Of a stretch of 64,000 bases of DNA, positions 60,101-64,000 are shown one piece after another; position 1 is the first letter of the stretch, and every line of letters starts with the position of its first letter. The position numbers and the translations under genes are program-made. Location of the stretch: the NCBI RefSeq assembly GCF_009914755.1, contig NC_060930.1, one strand, 5' to 3'. This stretch comes from the human T2T-CHM13v2.0 reference genome, Homo sapiens. Under the pieces are notes generated by a model. It had not been told where the DNA came from and did not search any database. It worked only from the letters and a program-made list of their open reading frames with translations.

Positions 60101-61220
60101 GCAACAGCATGACTCTATATGTAGAAAACACTGTGGTCTTTGCCCAAAAACTCCTTGAGCTGATAAGCAACTTCAGCAAAGTTTCAGGATACAAAATCAA
60201 TGTACAAAAATTACTAACATTCATATACACCAACAACAGCCAAGCCAAGAGCCAAATCAGGAATGTAATCCCATTTACATTTGCCACAAAAAGAATAAAA
60301 TACCTGTGACTACAGCTAACCAGAGAAGTGAAAGATCTCTACAATGAGGATTACAAAACACTGCCCAAAGAAATTAGAGACGACACAAACAAATGGAAAA
60401 CCATTCCATGCTCATGCTCATGGATTAGAAGAATCAGTATCGTTAAACTGGCCATACTGTCCTAAGCAATTTATAGGTTCAATGCTAATCCCATCAAATT
60501 ACCAATGTCATTCTTGAAAGAACTAGAAAAAACTATTTTAAAATTTATATGGAACCAAAAAAACAAAAAAAAGCCCCAATAACCAAGGCATTCCTAAGCA
60601 AAAAGAACAAAGCAGGTGGTATCACATTACCCGACTTCAAATTGTACTACAGGGACACAGTAACCAGAACAGCATGGTACTGGTACAAAAACAGACACTT
60701 AAACCAATGGAAAAGAGTTGACAGCTCAGAAATAAGGTCACACACCTACAACCATCTGATCTTTGATAAAGTTGACAAAAACAAGCAATGGGTAAAGGAC
60801 TCGCTATTTAGTAAATGATGCTGAGATAACTGGCTAGCCATATGCAGAAGATTGAAACTAGACCCCTTCCTCACACCATATACAAAAATCAACTCATGAT
60901 GGATTAAAGACTTGAATGTAAAACCAATACTATAGAAATCCTGGAAGACAACCTAGGCAATATGATAATGGACATGAGAACGGGCAAAGATTTAATGACA
61001 AAGACGCCAAAAGCAATTGCAACAAAAGCAAAAATTGACAGATGGGATCTAATTAAACTAAAGAGCCTCTACATAGCAAAATAAACTATCAACAGAGCAA
61101 ATAGACAACCTACAGAATGGGAGAAAGTTTGGGAAACAATGAATTTGACAAAGGTCTAATATCCGTCATCTATAAGGAACTTAAACAAATTTACCAGAAA
61201 AAAACAAACAACCCCATTAA

Positions 61221-61986
61221 AACATCACTGATCATTAGAGAAATGCAAACCAAAACCACAATGAGATACTATTTCATACCACTTGAATGGTGATTATTAA
61301 AAAGTCACAAAACAACAGATATTGGCAAGGTTGCAGAGAAATAGGATCACTTTTACACTATTGGTGGGAATGTAAATTAGTTCAACCATTATGGAAGTTG
61401 GTGTGGTGATTCCTCAGAGATCTACAACTAGAAATACAATTTGCCCCAGCAATCCCTTTACTGGGTATATACCCAAAGGAATATAAATTATTCTATTACA
61501 AAGATACGTGCATGCATATGTTCATTGCAGCACTATTCACAATAGCAAAGACATGGAATCAACCCAAATGCCCATCAATGATAGACTGCATAAAGAAAAC
61601 ATGGTACATATACACTGTGAAATACTGTGCAGCCATTAAAAGGAAGAAGATCATGTCATTTGCAGGGACATGGACAGAGCTGGAAGCCATTATCCTCAGC
61701 AAACTAACACAGGAACACAAAACCAAACACCACATGTTCTCACTTATAAGTGGAAACTGAATGATGAGAACACACTAACACAGGGCGAGGAACAACACAC
61801 ACTGGGGGCCTGTCAAGCGAGGGGATTGGGGGAGGAAGAGCATTAGGAAAAATAGCTAATGCATACTGGGCTTAATACCTAGGTGATGGGTTGAGAGGTG
61901 CAGCAAACCACCGTGACACGTTTACCTGTGTAACAAATCTGCACATCCTGCACATGTACCCCAGAACTCAAACTTTAAAAAAAAAA
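61221..61986 (+). mobile_element. L1PA10/11-like 3' fragment nested in the older L1
   Basis: Has its own 3'UTR (gcattaggaaaaatagctaatgca..cttaatacctaggtgatggg) and A tail; the host resumes at 61987 where it broke at 61222. Confidence 0.85.
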
Positions 61987-62434
61987 TGTGGGCAAAGGAC
62001 ATGAACAGACAATTTTTAAATGAAAACATACATGTTGCCAACAAGCATATGAAAAAAAGCTCAACATTACCGATCGTTTGAGAAATGCAAAACAAAACCA
62101 CAATAAGATACCATCTCATTGTGATGGTATCTCATTGTGTAATAATTGTCAAGATGGCAATTATTAAAAAGTCAAAAAATAACAGATGCTGAGGAGGTTG
62201 CACAGAAATGGAAATGCATATGTACTGTTCGTGGGAATGTCAATTGGTTCAACTACTGTGGAAAGCAGTGTGGCAATTCCTCAAAAAGCTGAAAACAGAA
62301 CTACAATTTGACCCAGCAATCCCATTATTGGGTATATACCCAAAGGAATATAAATCATTCTACTGTAAAGACACGTGCACACATATGTTTGTTGCAGCAC
62401 TCCTCACAATAAGAAAGACATGGGATCAACCTAA

Positions 62435-63149
<715 letters not shown>

Positions 63150-64000
63150 CTGGATAAAGAAAATGCAGTACATATACACCATGGAATACTGTGCAGCCAT
63201 TAAAAAGAATGAGATCATGTCTTTTGCAGGAACATGGATGGAGCTGGAGGCCATTATCCTTAGCAAACTGACACAGGAACAGAAAACAAAATACTATATG
63301 TTCTCACTTATCAGTGGGAGCCTAATGATGGTAACTCATGGACACAAAGAAGTGAACAATAGACATTGGGGCCTACCTAAGGGTAGAGGGTGAAAGGAGG
63401 GAGAGGATCAGAAAAAATACTATTGGGTAGTAGGCTTAGTATCTGGGTCATGAAATAACCTGTACAACAAACCCCCATGACACGAATTTACTTATATAAC
63501 TAACCCGCATATGTATTCCTGAACCTAAAAGTTTTATTTAAAAAAAGAATAAAATGTAAACAGAATATAAATGATTCATTCAGCACATTTCTAGCCTCCC
63601 ATAGTGTACATGAGACTTTCCCCAGATGAGCACAAGATTAATTTGTTTCACATGATTTATATAGTAATTGAGACCTCAGCATACTCAAACAGTAAATAAT
63701 AATACATGGTACTGCCTGGTGCTATTTACCTGAGTTATTCATAAACTTAGCTCTACTATTACAGGCAGCTGTACCTACAATGATACCACTCAGGATTTGG
63801 ACTGGGCTCAGCAAGCATTGTGTACCATTGTGATCATAGGCAAGCTCAATAAAATCTTCCTCCATCCCAACATGGTAAGCAATGAATAGAGCTTTGGGGA
63901 GCAAGGTTTCATGTATCTGCAAAATGCTTGACAATTCAAAGCCATTCTTTGTTCTTATTGGTAAGGAACTTGGTGATAATTCAATTGCTGCCTGAGGTTT

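Overview
Human (primate) genomic DNA: AT-rich, repeat-dense, intergenic or intronic, with no host protein-coding gene I can recognise. The main feature is a full-length ~6.03 kb human-specific LINE-1 (L1HS, pre-Ta 'ACG/G' type, + strand, 4523-10554) with a 14-bp target-site duplication (TSD). Its 1275-aa ORF2 and antisense ORF0 are intact, but ORF1 carries a 1-bp frameshift. It sits inside an ancient, internally inverted L1M. The rest is layered transposon debris: L1PA4, an L1PA5/6 insertion that looks like a twin-primed 5' inversion with a short 3' transduction, a nested L1PA15/L1PA10/THE1A/Alu cluster, about 9 Alus, L1M, L2, MIR and CR1 fossils, ERVL/MaLR solo LTRs, two Tigger3b, MER33, two MADE1 (one collapsed to 34 bp) and a higher-order minisatellite apparently born from an L2 tail. 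A few candidate minus-strand exons are unverified. I found no prokaryotic-type systems or CRISPR arrays. Subfamily names come from recalled consensus sequences and need RepeatMasker/Dfam confirmation.
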